64,000 nt of DNA from Octopus sinensis (GCF_006345805.1 NC_042998.1:77996001-78060000), one strand, 5' to 3'. Positions 1 to 13,301 are shown, counted from the first letter of the stretch. Numbers and translations: made by a program. Notes: generated from the sequence alone by a model not told the origin.

Positions 1-1060
1 GAACTGAAGCTAAAAACTTCAGACCCGTTTTTCTCATATCTCACACATCTAAAATTATCGAATGCATTGTCCAAAAGAGAATAATTACATACTTGAAGAA
101 AACAGTCTCTTAAATGACACACAGCATGGTTTTTGGACTGAACGAAGTTGTCTGTCACAACTTTTACAGTACTATGACACTATTCTCAATAATCTCGTAA
201 GAGGAAATGACACTGACTGCGTATACCTTAATTTTGCTAAGGCGGTTGACAATATTCATTTCTACACTAGGCACTGTTAAGTCACCTGTAATAAATGGTG
301 TACCACGGGGAACGGTTCTGAGATCATTATTATTTATATATCAACGCCCTATAAGATAGAAGGTCACAAGTGCACTCGGCCGCGTTAATGAGTTGCACCG
401 TTGACACAAAAGTTTCGATGGTTATTCGAGCTCCAGAAGATACCGTGACACTCCAAAATGAGCTAAACCTCATTTAATAATGGGCAGATTAAACCAATAT
501 GAAATTTAATACGTCAAATTTTCTGGTCCTTCATTTCGGAGGGAATACATACAATTCACAATATTTGACACCTGAAAACGCAATGGTTCAGAGCGCTAAT
601 GATATACGAGACTTAGCAGTAATCCTGTCGCATGATACATCTTTCACCAGTGACATCACCACACTGGCCTCTAAATGTAGACATCGGATAGCATGGCTCT
701 TATAACCTTTGTAACAAATGAGACGGTAGTTATGCTAACTCTATGGAAAGCCCTAGTTCTGAGCAGATTAGATTACTGCACTCAACTTTGGACTCACAAC
801 TGATCCGGTCTTATAGGAGAAATTAAAAGCCTTAATTACTAAGAATGCCCAAAAGCTCTGCGTCTCTGTTCTCTTGAACGCATGGAAAATCCCGGATAGG
901 GATGTTCTAAACTTCGCCGTTAGAGAGAACTTTAATGGACGAACTGGTTGATACTGTCAGCTTCAAAGTACACCACCTTCGAAATCGCGACAAAAAACAT
1001 TCTGTTGTACCGGTCTGATAGTTAGAGGTCTCCAACACATACCCTGTAATGTAACTGACA
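1..1060 (+). mobile_element. Degenerate CR1/L2-group non-LTR retrotransposon, RT region fragment
   Basis: ORF 62..280 has QHGF..SCLSQLL.YYD...VYLNFAKAVD, followed by a frameshifted NGVPRGTVL. Clearly homologous to the copy at 49.4-51.0 kb. Many stops and frameshifts. Confidence 0.85.
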
Positions 1061-2527
1061 TAAAGAAGCTGTAAAGAATTCATTTGAATGGTTTTTAACT
1101 ATAATTGATAGGTAAAACTTTGTCACTCACTGTATCATGCTGGATCTCTTTGAGAATTATGAGCGCTCGAGTCTACGGATTACTCAACCACTTACACTTC
1201 AATTCAGGAACTGTTAATAAGCTGATTGAACATCATAATGTTCATCATCAAAACCGACGGGGAACCAAACAATTCCATGCTTGTATCTTTACGTATATAG
1301 GTAGGTATATTTGTACGTGTATCTGAACTATATATTGCCTAAATAGTGTAAAAGAAACGTCCGTCCTATGATCATTTATTCAACTCATGTCTGTTCTGAA
1401 AAAAAAATCACGATATCTTAAGTCTGAAACTTTTCTTTCTACCTTGACATTTTGTAAAGATATAAATATCTGAAATAATTTATTTTAAATTTCATATTGT
1501 ACCTACAACTGTCTGGACGTGATTTATTAGCCACACGTCAACTATTGAAATGTCTGATATCTATCTCTGCACAGGCTTTTGTTACAATGATCTATTTTAC
1601 AAAACCTAGCCAACACATATATGCACTTTACAAATTAAGAACCATATTTTTTACAGGATTTACTGGAATAAGTTTTTTATAAAATATGTACAATTTGAAA
1701 AGAATAATACAGAGACATACACAATAAAGCTCTCATGAAAGGAAGTCAACTAGATCGTGATCAGCATTCATACATGTTGCACACAACAGTAGATATATAA
1801 CAAATAAAGCCACAATACAGGTTTGGCATTCAGTTTGAATATATAAAAAATGGCGCTTTGTTCAGTCTATATATATATATATATAGATATATATATTCAA
1901 ATAAACATACGCACACATATACACATACTTGTATTTGTGTGTGTGCAATGATACATGACACACACAACACATGTAGTAGAGGGCGTATACATATTTCGAG
2001 TAGGTTTTTCTATGAAAGTATTATTTGTGTTCGATATGTGTGTTTAGGTATGTCGATATCAACATTTAGGTGACACCATTTGTGTCTGTCGCGCCAGTCA
2101 GTTCTATGTCTTTAAAGAAATATAAACGGAACAAGTTCTATAAATTTCTATTTTCATCAGAATGTACGTTTGCAGTATACAAGGTTATGGATACAATATA
2201 AAAGAGTGAAGTTACGTATGTACATCAAAGGGATATACACACGTAACATTTGAACCCTATAACGATATTTTGTCATTACACAATAAACAGCATACTTGAG
2301 ATTTTGATCTTGTATTCTGAATAGGTTTATCAGAAACAAGAATGTCGGACAAATTAATTGCAGTATTTCTTCCGGTTTTTTATCTTCTTCGTCAGATTCT
2401 GCCAAGTCAGCTTCGCCTTTCATCTCGCGGACGAAAGATAATACAGTACCAATCTAGCAATGAGGACTATTTTGTGAACTATCCCACTACCAATAAATTC
2501 CCTTGTCTCCTCCCCAAATTAGAAACA

Positions 2528-2541
2528 ATCATTATCATCAC

Positions 2542-2599
<58 letters not shown>

Positions 2600-2610
2600 T
2601 TCATCATCAC

Positions 2611-2643
<33 letters not shown>

Positions 2644-2672
2644 TATCATTATCCTTACCATCATTATTATTA
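2528..2672. repeat. (ATC)n/(ATT)n microsatellite
   Basis: Direct reading; source of the poly-I/H/M ORFs. Confidence 0.95.
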
Positions 2673-2682
2673 TGAAGTTAGT

Positions 2683-2897
2683 GAGCTGGCTAAATTTTTA
2701 GCACGCAGGGAAAAATGCTTAGCAGCATTATGTCCGTCTTTGCGTTGAGTTAAAATTCCGCCCTGATCGACATTGACTTTCATCCTTTTGTGGGGGACTA
2801 TAAAAGAAGTACCAATAAAGTACTGCGGTCGATGCAATCATCTGTCCCCCTTTCCACCAAAATTTCAGGCCTTGTGCTTATAGTAGAAACGATTATC
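2683..2897 (+). mobile_element. tRNA-derived SINE, family B (central GCCTTTCATCCTTTCGGGGTCGATAAA domain, Meta/Sauria-like from memory)
   Basis: Similar to copies at 11.1, 16.3, 19.8, 35.8, 57.6 and 61.1 kb. Confidence 0.75.
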
Positions 2898-2912
2898 ATT
2901 ATTATTATTATT

Positions 2913-3462
2913 GAGTGAGAGAGCAGTGCATGCCATCAAAGTGACACTGGGGTAAAATATACGAAGCCCAATATACCCATCATGAATACCCGTCTGATAA
3001 AGGTACACCAGGCACATGCATCACAACCATATGTGCGCGACATGGTGATCTCATATCAAGATAAACAGCACATGACCTTGCAGGTGGGGGCCCAGTTAGA
3101 ATTTTCTTCAGGTTGAGTAGCCCATCCCGCTCAAAAGGTCCCTGAATAAGGGTTGTTTAAGGATGTTGAAAGAACCACCCATGTTTCCAGAGGTGAATTA
3201 TTCAAACCGCAAAGAATCCCTCTCAACACATGGCTATGATGTTCTCCCACTACTTCTGCTCGTTATCAGAGATGCACATATCGTCAGCCACTAAGAGACA
3301 TGCTCAACTGGTTACGGTCAAACAACTGACAAGCAAATATGTGGTATTGAGCAGAATATTTACTGTAGCCCATCTTTTATACCAAGACAAAACAATGTAC
3401 ATGATAACACTTCCAATCAGTTAAGATCAGAAGCCATGAGAGCCACTGCTTGGTACTGCATC
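2913..3462 (-). mobile_element. Unclassified ~550-bp non-coding interspersed element between (ATT)n arrays
   Basis: No recognisable coding frame. Its last ~100 bp recur at 29283..29384 in the opposite orientation, also running into (AAT)n. Confidence 0.6.
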
Positions 3463-3504
3463 TATTATTATTATTATTATTATCATTATTATTATTATTA
3501 TTAT

Positions 3505-3900
3505 TTGATGAACTCGTTTATAACACGTAATTGACACCTAACTCCAACTGAGAACTCGTACAATGACTCTATTACACACGACTCCCTGTATTGTTTGACG
3601 TCGTCTCACTTTATAATGGCTGTCCCATGGGAAGGGTGTACCATTTCCATTACAACAGGTACTAATACTGCCAAGTTCACTAATCACTCTTAGTATCATG
3701 ACTACGCTCTTCACTGCCCACAACCTACTTTTTTCCCACGTCATTTCATTATAGTTGTTCTCTTTTTCTTCTTTCTCTTCGATTCTGTTGTCACCAGGAC
3801 ATGCTATGCCAATCATCTTGGATGTTTTTCTTTTCTTTTCACCACAACAAACGTCAGGTTTTCAATGTTTAATCTGATGATCACACTGAATCATTACACT
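3505..3900 (-). mobile_element. R4/Dong-type retrotransposon 3' fragment (restriction-like endonuclease domain)
   Basis: Frameshifted CDHQI..KPDV..., then IGIACPGDNRIEEKEEK (PD..D-type RLE); ends in (AAT)n. Confidence 0.8.
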
Positions 3901-4319
3901 CCACAGAATTTTGCAATCCTCCTTCGCAATAATTCCTGAGATTTCGTTATATCACGTCTTTCTAGGTCGTAATTTCCTCTAAGCTGCCAATGGATCATTC
4001 TTACGAAATTGTCATATCTTTTCTATTCACGTTGTACCGATTTCAAGCATTCACTAATAATGTGTCACACCGTGTCACAGGGTTTCGCTCTTCTCACTAC
4101 ACATGGCATCGAACAGGAAAAATCATTAGCACGAAGAAAAACTTCTTAGCTGCATTAATTCCTGTTTTACGATCGGAGTTCAAAATCCTCTGAGGTCAAC
4201 CTTACCTTTCCTCTTTTCGGAATTTATGAAATAAACACCAGCTAACATTAGGAACGCTGTAATTGAGTAACCCGCGTCCAAAAATTTCAGACTTTCGGCC
4301 TATAGTAGAAATGATTTTT

Positions 4320-4622
4320 CACGATAAGATCAAGTTGGTTTGCCTGTATTTCGTGATGAGTTTGGACACTGAAATTACAAAGAATGGTAATCTCGTGAGA
4401 AAGTGTGTGTGGGCGCCATATTGACTAGTGTATGTACAGAGTGTCCAGTTATGCATTTGCAAGGATTCTGTTAGTGTGAATCTGCTGCATCTAGAGATTA
4501 TGTGATCGATTGTCTCTGGGTATTCTCCATGATGAGCTGCTTTTATATTTCAGGACATTACTCTGGTAATTCCTCATAGGAAGGTATTGATCCTGAGCCG
4601 CAATGATATACCTCTCAGTTTC
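4320..4622 (-). mobile_element. R4/Dong-type retrotransposon fragment (pre-knuckle, zinc-knuckle remnant and RLE start)
   Basis: Minus-strand translation SGLKPETERYIIAAQDQYLPMRNY / ETIDHIISRC / LCNFSVQTHHEIQANQLDLIV. Not called by the ORF track. Confidence 0.8.
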
Positions 4623-4715
4623 TGGTTTGAGACCAGAGCATCATCATTATCGTCATTATTATCATCATTATTATTATTATCATTATTATTATTATTATCA
4701 TTATTATTATTATTA

Positions 4716-4771
<56 letters not shown>
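4623..4771. repeat. (ATC)/(ATT)n microsatellite
   Basis: Direct reading. Confidence 0.95.
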
Positions 4772-5676
4772 GCCTTTGCACAGCTTCTAACGCTGGAGAT
4801 GTACTACGGAGTCAGCTGTTCATTACTAGTGATCTAAGGTAACACCTCTTATTTTTTGAGCACCTTCCAGAATATTCGAGCGTTCCAAACAGTGCTGTTT
4901 TCTGCAAGTGTTCCATCCTTATTGCAGCCCCTATTTCTTCCAATCATTTCTCGAGATTTTAGCTCATTGTTCCCAGGGCTCCCGCAATTAGTGGTAATAC
5001 AGCTACCTTTTTCATCGACGACAACTGCTTAACTTCCAAAGCTAACCTGCATATCTCTCGACATTTCTTTCTTCCTTATCGCATACCTTCTTGTCAGATG
5101 GGCATGATATATCTATGATCCAGCATCGTTTGTTTTCTTTCTCAATTAAGTCTATGCCCGGCTTCCAATTCTCAATCTCATGGTCGCACTGAATCATAAA
5201 ATCCCATAGGATCTTTTCATTTCTATTTTTGACAATGCCTTCAGGTTTGTGGCCGTACCAATTTTTTGCTCTGTCAAGTCCATACTTGTTGAAAAGAGAC
5301 CATGCATTCGTTTCTTTACCCACCTATTTTCAGTTTCATTCGTTTTCAATTGTTTGTATAGTGCTTTATCTTTGCTATCTTTCATCTTGCACAGACCAGA
5401 CCTTCTTACTTCTAGTAATAATTTCTACTGTCCCTAAACATTTTCCGTATGCTGTCAAGTCAATAGATTGCGGATTTTTCTATCAATTTTCATTATTTCA
5501 CTGGTATTCCAGTTAATCACATTGGAGCTATAAAGAACAACCGGGACTGCTAAGGAATTTATGGTTAACACCTTATTATATGCATTCATCTCAGACTTCA
5601 GGATTGCTCGAACTCTTCTATAACACTCCTTCCTAACCTTCTCTTTCATGCTTGCATGCTGGATACCAGAGCATTC
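4772..5676 (-). mobile_element. Internally deleted R4/Dong-type retrotransposon, tandem copy 1
   Basis: Post-RT KECYRRVRAILKSE..NSLAVPVV.Y..IDRKIRNLLT; RLE KILWDFMIQCDHEI..WIIDISCPSD; VLPLIAGALG; (ATT)n on both flanks. Confidence 0.9.
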
Positions 5677-5701
5677 ATTATTATAATTATTATTATTATT
5701 A

Positions 5702-5732
<31 letters not shown>

Positions 5733-6636
5733 GCCTTTGCACAGCTTCTAACGCTGGAGATGTACTACGGAGTCAGCTGTTCATTACTAGTGATCTAAGG
5801 TAACACCTCTTATTTTTTGAGCACCTTCCAGAATATTCGAGCGTTCCAAACAGTGCTGTTTTCTGCAAGTGTTCCATCCTTATTGCAGCCCCTATTTCTT
5901 CCAATCATTTCTCGAGATTTTAGCTCATTGTTCCCAGGGCTCCCGCAATTAGTGGTAATACAGCTACCTTTTTCATCGACGACAACTGCTTAACTTCCAA
6001 GCTAACCTGCATATCTCTCGACATTTCTTTCTTCCTTATCGCATACCTTCTTGTCAGATGGGCATGATATATCTATGATCCAGCATCGTTTGTTTTCTTT
6101 CTCAATTAAGTCTATGCCCGGCTTCCAATTCTCAATCTCATGGTCGCACTGAATCATAAAATCCCATAGGATCTTTTCATTTCTATTTTTGACAATGCCT
6201 TCAGGTTTGTGGCCGTACCAATTTTTTGCTCTGTCAAGTCCATACTTGTTGAAAAGAGACCATGCATTCGTTTCTTTACCCACCTATTTTCAGTTTCATT
6301 CGTTTTCAATTGTTTGTATAGTGCTTTATCTTTGCTATCTTTCATCTTGCACAGACCAGACCTTCTTACTTCTAGTAATAATTTCTACTGTCCCTAAACA
6401 TTTTCCGTATGCTGTCAAGTCAATAGATTGCGGATTTTTCTATCAATTTTCATTATTTCACTGGTATTCCAGTTAATCACATTGGAGCTATAAAGAACAA
6501 CCGGGACTGCTAAGGAATTTATGGTTAACACCTTATTATATGCATTCATCTCAGACTTCAGGATTGCTCGAACTCTTCTATAACACTCCTTCCTAACCTT
6601 CTCTTTCATGCTTGCATGCTGGATACCAGAGCATTC
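5733..6636 (-). mobile_element. Internally deleted R4/Dong-type retrotransposon, tandem copy 2
   Basis: Matches 4772..5676 except for a one-A indel (ccaaagct at ~5040 vs ccaagct at ~6000). Confidence 0.9.
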
Positions 6637-6645
6637 ATTATTATA

Positions 6646-6740
<95 letters not shown>

Positions 6741-6810
6741 GAGGAGGAGGAGGAGGAGGAGGAGGAGGAGTGGCTGTTGTTGTTGTTGGTGTTGTTGTTG
6801 TTGCTGTTGT
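6637..6810. repeat. Compound microsatellite (ATT)n(AGT)n(AGG)n(TGT)n
   Basis: Direct reading. Confidence 0.95.
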
Positions 6811-7984
6811 AAAAGAAGCTGACAGAATCGATAGCACGGTGGGTAAATTGCTTAGAGGCATTTCGTTCGCTTTATGTTTAGATTTAGAATTACAGTTCGA
6901 CTATGCCTTTCAGTTCTCAATAATTTTAGCAATAAACTTTAACTTTATTCATACTATTTTGTCATAGAAATAAAATAACATACAGACAACACACGTACAC
7001 CCAAGCACACTCACGTACATAAGCACATACTCACATAATTAGATAAATACATATATTCTAAATTCAAATTTATACTAATAACTGGTGCAGCTGGTTTTAT
7101 GAGCAAATGCCTAAGTGACAATCTGGATTAGCTAAGTTTTTTCGAAATAAACTCAAGCAATTCACTCGCACATTATTAAAGCAATCTGTATGCGTAATAA
7201 TAAATATATGCAAGTATTTTCTCAAGTTTAAATGTGACATTGCTTTTGCTATACTTACTAAAATCCAGTTCTTTTGATTCTTTGTTAGAAACCAGCTCTT
7301 TTATCACAAGAAGAATTTAAATAATTAAAACCAGATGACATTCAGTTACCGTTCATTTCTTATCAGTATAGTATTTTAAGAAGTTTCTATATATTCTGCC
7401 GGACTTCTCCAACCTAGTCACTAAAATATATCTCACAAGAACCGTGCACATTTTGTGTTCTAAATGTCTAAAGTAATTACTCCCCAGTTAATTTTCATTA
7501 GGAATATACGACCTCCGATCAAATTAGTTAAAATATATTTTATGTTGACATATTAATTTTTTTCTCTTATAGTGCAAAATATATAAGCACTCAAAACAAT
7601 TTTAGATGAGAAATCTGAATGTTGTCAGTCCAGATTTATAAAATTACTTAATTTTGAACTGCAGACATACTGCACAGATAAATTATTTTCAAATGTTATA
7701 ACACACAGACTTGGCTAAAAACGTATATATATGCGTATGGGCTTTATAGAATACTAGCAATAATACTCGTCGACGATCGGGTAATTACTTTTACTCTTTC
7801 TCAGGAGCCACATTCAAATTGTTATTATATAGAGAGATTTACTCCTCCTATATGTGTGTATTTTATAAGAAAAATCATGCAATATTTAAAGTAAAAAAAG
7901 ATCAATTTCATACACGAACTTCTGTTTGTTTGTTATATGACAACAATATGTGATTTGTATGTGTTATAGCAATTATATAATACA

Positions 7985-8105
7985 CAAGGTTTTGGTTAGC
8001 ACGGAGCTGTAATGAAAGAAAATTGCCCAACGAGCTGCACAGTGGGACTGAACCCAAGGCAACATGGATAGAAAGCAAACTTCTCAACTACACAGCCACG
8101 CCTAT
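7985..8105 (-). mobile_element. Degenerate 5' part of SINE family A
   Basis: Reverse complement resembles the head of the 9478..9850 element. Confidence 0.65.
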
Positions 8106-8240
8106 AAAGGAGGGATACATTTTAGATAATATGCTCCTTGATACAATATGCCTAACAAAAAGATGGGATGTTTACGGCGAGAAGACCTTTGATTTTAATA
8201 TTTACTCCAGCAACGCAACAACTAACAATGCTTCCCCATT

Positions 8241-8715
8241 CAGGGTGTTCCAGAATTAATTATCTGTTTCAATGAAATTGAGCAAATTTAAAAAAAACAA
8301 ACCTGATAGAATTTGATGTTTATTACCAAAACAAATAGATTTATAAATCTTATTGAAAGTTTTTAACATGTCTCTATCTCTGAATGCTTCAAATCTCTCC
8401 TTAGCCTTGTGAAACTCATTTTGAAGCATTTCAGGAGTTAGTTCCTGCATGCTAAATGAATGTATTCTTTAAGCTCAGTTAAACGATCGTGGATTGAGAT
8501 AAAGATTGGGGATGGAGATAAAGATAATGATTGCTGCCAAATTGAAAAAAAAGCGGTCATCGACAAATAAAACGGATACAAGGGGAATTAAAATTAAGTT
8601 ATTAGCAAAATACAAAATTTATACATTTTAACACATATTAAACTTGATATCAATAAGAGTTTTTAAAAAATGCGTCCGATTTCAGTCAAAGCATCATTAA
8701 TTCTGGGACACCCAG
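8241..8715 (-). mobile_element. Tc1/mariner-type internal-deletion derivative (MITE) with transposase C-terminal remnant
   Basis: TIRs CAGGGTGTTCCAGAATTAAT (8241..8260) and CTGGGTGTCCCAGAATTAAT (minus, 8715..8696), 18/20 identical, with TA at 8716. Internal TELKEYIHLAC/ELTPEMLQN..KERF resembles a Tc1/mariner C-terminus. Confidence 0.75.
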
Positions 8716-9477
8716 TATTTACTCGTCTGACTAAACGGCGAGGAAACACTGCTGGGGGTATATTTGCAGGTGGGGAGCGTTGTTTCCGGAAGTGTTCACG
8801 CGGTCAAACCCAAATGGGTGTGTGTCATGCATGACATAGAAAGCAGGCATGCTGCCGGGCCATGCTGCGTTGCGCAAGACTGGAAACGTGAAACATCAGC
8901 ATGGCACTTCTGGAGAATAGATGAATGGATTTGATATGCCTTTACCCAACCGCACACACATTCACATGGCGCCGACAAAAATCTTGATGTTCTTCTCATT
9001 TCCTCTGCCAAAATGGACAAAAATGTTTTCATGAAATATTATACGTTACTTATAATGCATAAGTAGTGTCAATATTTTATCTTGGAAAAATGACCTAAAG
9101 CAAAGGTAAAACCCAGTGAGGTATACTCAAATGTGATAAATCTGCATTTTTGGTGAGATGGGGGCATAGTCAGCGTTGGATAATTGTTTTTAGTCAACAG
9201 TAATCGAGGAGCCTGATTAATGTTTGTTCCAATTTGGAAGAAAGTAACTGGATACTCTTCAACTTATGGGACTTAACGCTGCGAAAATGCTTTAAAATGA
9301 GGTATATCTGCCCTTGGGCCTGCATTAGGCAAGAAGCTGAAACTTTTTGGGATCCATGACATTCCATGGACCGTATGTAATGCATGTGTAAAATTTCATT
9401 AAAATCGATTGCGTGGATCTCGAGTTATAACATGACAAACACACAGACAGATACACATCCTGTGTTATATATATATA

Positions 9478-9850
9478 GGCGCAGGAGTGGCTGTGTGGTA
9501 AGTAGCTTGCTAACCAACCACACGGTTGCGGGTTCAGTCCCACTGCGTGGCATCTTGGGCAAGTGTCTTCTGCTATAGCCCCGGGCCGACCAATGCCTTG
9601 TGAGTCGATTTGGTAGACGGAAACTGAAAGAAGCCTGTCGTATATATGTATTTATATGTATATGTGTGTGTGTTTGTGTGTCTGTGTTTGTCCCCCTAGC
9701 ATTGCTTGACAACCGATGCCGGTGTGTTTACGTCCCCGTCACTTAGCGGTTCGGCAAAAAGAGACCGATAGAATAAGTACTAAAAGGTGGTGCTCCAGCA
9801 TGGCCGCAGTCAAATGACTGAAACAAGTAAAAGAGTAAAAGAGTAAAGAG
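9478..9850 (+). mobile_element. tRNA-derived SINE family A, full length (CORE-like CTTGGGCAAGT segment, LINE-like 3' tail)
   Basis: A/B-box head GGCTGTGTGGTAAG...GGTTCAGTCCC; tail GGTGCTCCAGCATGGCC..TGAAAC plus (GAGTAAAA)n. Confidence 0.85.
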
Positions 9851-11069
9851 TATATATATATATATATATATATATAAAGCAGAAAAACAAGATACTGTTA
9901 ACACAGTTGCAATTCAATGCTTACTGTCACGAAAGTGTTTAATATGCAATTCGGTCTATCCAATTTACTTTGACCGCTATAAATACCTCTTAAGGTGTAT
10001 ATAAGCGTTGTGTGTGAATATTTCAAGTGGGTACATAATTGCTAACGAATACCTGCAGAAACAGTCAAAACTTACAAATGTATGCACATATATTGTACTG
10101 ACAGATAGTTTATAATCTTTGTAATACATTGTTGACTACAAAACAAATATAGGTAAATTCTATGGTACATTATTAATTAGCTTACCTTAATTATAATAAA
10201 TTTACTTGCATTTTCCGTATCTTAAGTTAGCATCTTGGAAGGTAGAGGTACGCTAATCCTGATGAGTCGTAAAAACAACGAAACTGATCAATTTGATATA
10301 CAGTGTAAGCTGTCGAAAGACCTATAGCTTAACCAGGAGTACTGATCTTACTACGAAATCATGTATACATGTATATGTAATTAAATCTATAACTATTACT
10401 CCCTTTGCCTATTCAGAGAAATCTTCGTCTTTTAAATATATACATACTCAGTGTTTTCTTCCTCAGAATGGAACTTTTTAAAATTCAGCTTATTGGTTGA
10501 ATCTTCTCAAAGAAATATGATTTTTCGATTTTGTGAAATTCAGAAAATTAGGAAGGATTAGCATTCTTACTTTTAATGGATTTATTCGATGCGAGCTAGA
10601 CGATGAAAAATATTATTGTTTTAGTAACATATATTTCAGGTTTGTTTCAAATGTATGTCTAGAATAAAAGAAGTATTATTTTGTGTGAATATTTTCCTCT
10701 TAGCACAATATATTGGACTATCTTTTTACTTATTGTCAACTGAAGTGCAAAGAAATTCCATCTTTTTATTAGCGCCAATGACTATAGGAATTATAGTATT
10801 CGTAGACGATTTCTTCACTGATAGCTTTTTTCAATGTATAGAAAAGTTAAATTTTTCATCGTTTTGTAAAAAGAAAAGAAATTTTTACTAATTGCCAGCA
10901 GTAAGGGCAAAAGCGACGATATCAAAATTAATGACAAAAATATTAACAGTAGCTTCATTAGCAACTACAATAACAAATACGGAAGAACATCAACCTCAAG
11001 ACCAGAAAGGAACAAAGAAAGGGACTTCAAAGATGTCGCTCGACCTACTTGAATGCGTCACTGAATACG

Positions 11070-11413
11070 AGTTTTCAACAGAAACGTTAGCACGCCGGGC
11101 GAAATGCTTAGCGGTATTTCGTCTGCCGTTACGTTGTAAGTTCAAATTCCGCCGAGGTCGACTTTGCCTTTCATCCTTTTGGGGCCGATAAATTAAGTAC
11201 CAGTTACGCACTGGGGTCGATGTAACTGACTTAATACCTATGTCTGTCTTTGTTTGTCCCCTCTATGTTTAGCCCCCAAATTCCACCGAGGTCGACTTTG
11301 CCTTTCATCCTTTCGGAGTCAATAAATTAAGTACCAGTTGCGTACTGTGGTTGATCTAATCGATTGGCGCCCTCTCACAAAATTTCGGGCATTGTGCCAA
11401 GAGTAGAAAAGAA
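11070..11413 (+). mobile_element. SINE family B, composite with duplicated central domain
   Basis: GAGGTCGACTTTGCCTTTCATCCTTT occurs twice (~11155 and ~11288). Confidence 0.8.
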
Positions 11414-13259
11414 TGATGTCAGTAGTTAAAGATAATCATTTTATATAGTTCATATATTACCTCTTTGAAAGACCCACGATTATTCAGAACAAAAGTAAAA
11501 CATTTCATACAAGATTTAAAAAGTTTATTTAATAACAGGAGCAATTATAACTACGGTGTATAGAATTCATCGTGAGTCTTCGATCATGTTGATCATGCTG
11601 CCATCTACCTAAGTTTCGAAAGAAAAACTTCCAGCCCCCAGCAAGTGTTGGGTTTCTATGGAAAAATTAACAACAGATTCCAATGCTTTTCACAATGATT
11701 TTAGTTCAATGTAAGCATTTTAGTTGGTTAATTCTAATGCAGACACCAACTATTCATTCCTTTTTAACATACAAAAGTATTCACCCAGAAGCCACCGTAT
11801 GTAACAAGATTTCTCTTCTGGTAAGTAGTTGTGATTTAGAAAGAGTGAATCAGATATAGTTAGTTAAACAGCGGAACTAGCAGATTTAGCTTTAAAAGAA
11901 CGCTGGAAAGGAAAGACTAACCATACGTTAGATGTAATGAAGCAGGTTTAGTTATGAAAAGGGAATGGTGGAATAAAGTACGATTTAAAAATTAGTTTAT
12001 TTATTGGTATATGTATTGTTAGCGCTATAGCAGCATCAAATATTGGGATATTACTGAATGATTTGCCTGGATGGAGTATAACTAAAGTAAATCTATTTCC
12101 AGAGCTAATCTTTCTTCAAGCTTAACTATCACCAAAACGATTTGAAATGTAAATATTTTAAACAAACGTACCACTCCGCAATCTAAATGCGATGTTGCTC
12201 TTCTTTAAACCAGCAACTGATCCGATACTGCGGTACATACGATGGGCTTTAAACATACTACAAGGAATCTGACAGAAGTTGAACATAGGTAATATTTGCT
12301 CATAACCCGGAATCATATATGTTCGTCCATCTGCGTATTTAATTCTCATTGTCTCAGTAAAGAGAACATCAGGTAATAGACGTTTGTATATTTTGATTTT
12401 GCAAACTTCTGTTATCCATTAGCTACTGAGACATTGAAACACTTGAAGCAAAGAAAAGATGATTCTACTTCATCGGAAGTTACATGAAGGGCTTCTTCCT
12501 TTCGAACATTCGCTGCTTTAACATTTTTCGTCATTTACTTTTAATTAATCTTCTGTTTCTATGGCCAAATTTTAGCTCTCGATTTTCAGGCAATAGCTTG
12601 AAAATGTAGGTGGAAGGCCATCACTTGGACAAGTTGTATGAGGCTATTCTTCTCATTTTCTGTGCAAGACGTTAAATAATAATGTTTTCCCAATACACCA
12701 TTTTTAAATTTCATAATTTGTTTTACACAAGGATAGTTATGCTTAAACAGTTGAAATAATTCGATCTCAGCAAATAATTGTTGCCTTAATTAGAATATAC
12801 ATATAAAACATGCATAGACATACATACATACATAGATACATACATACATAGATACATACATACATACGTACGTACGTACGTACATATATACTAGCACATA
12901 CATGAGTTCACATAAACACATTTACACACGTACACACACATATATATATATATACTTACGTACGTATGCAAATGTATACGTGTATGTATGTATGTATGTA
13001 TGCATGTATGTATGTATGTATGCACACATACATTACAAACCCGCACGCACACCTCGACGTAATGTCATACAAGCGAAAATTATCTTTTAGACTCTTTACC
13101 GTCCAATTAAGAGTGTAATATAAAAGCTGGCGGCTTGTCTGACTAAAATTCATGTTCGAATATAAATATGATTAGCATATATATATATATATATATATAT
13201 TATGAGTGTGCATCTATGTGTGTGTTTGTGCCCGTGTATGCATACATACGTATATACAT

Positions 13260-13301
<42 letters not shown>

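Noticed and set aside
8256-8450. Minus-strand ORF with plausible AG/GT splice sites, as a host exon
   Set aside because: It lies inside Tc1/mariner-type TIRs and resembles a transposase C-terminus.
11790-11826. Short AG...GTAAGT-bounded segment as a micro-exon (similar at ~12360)
   Set aside because: Splice-like words are expected by chance in 64 kb, and there is no coding support.
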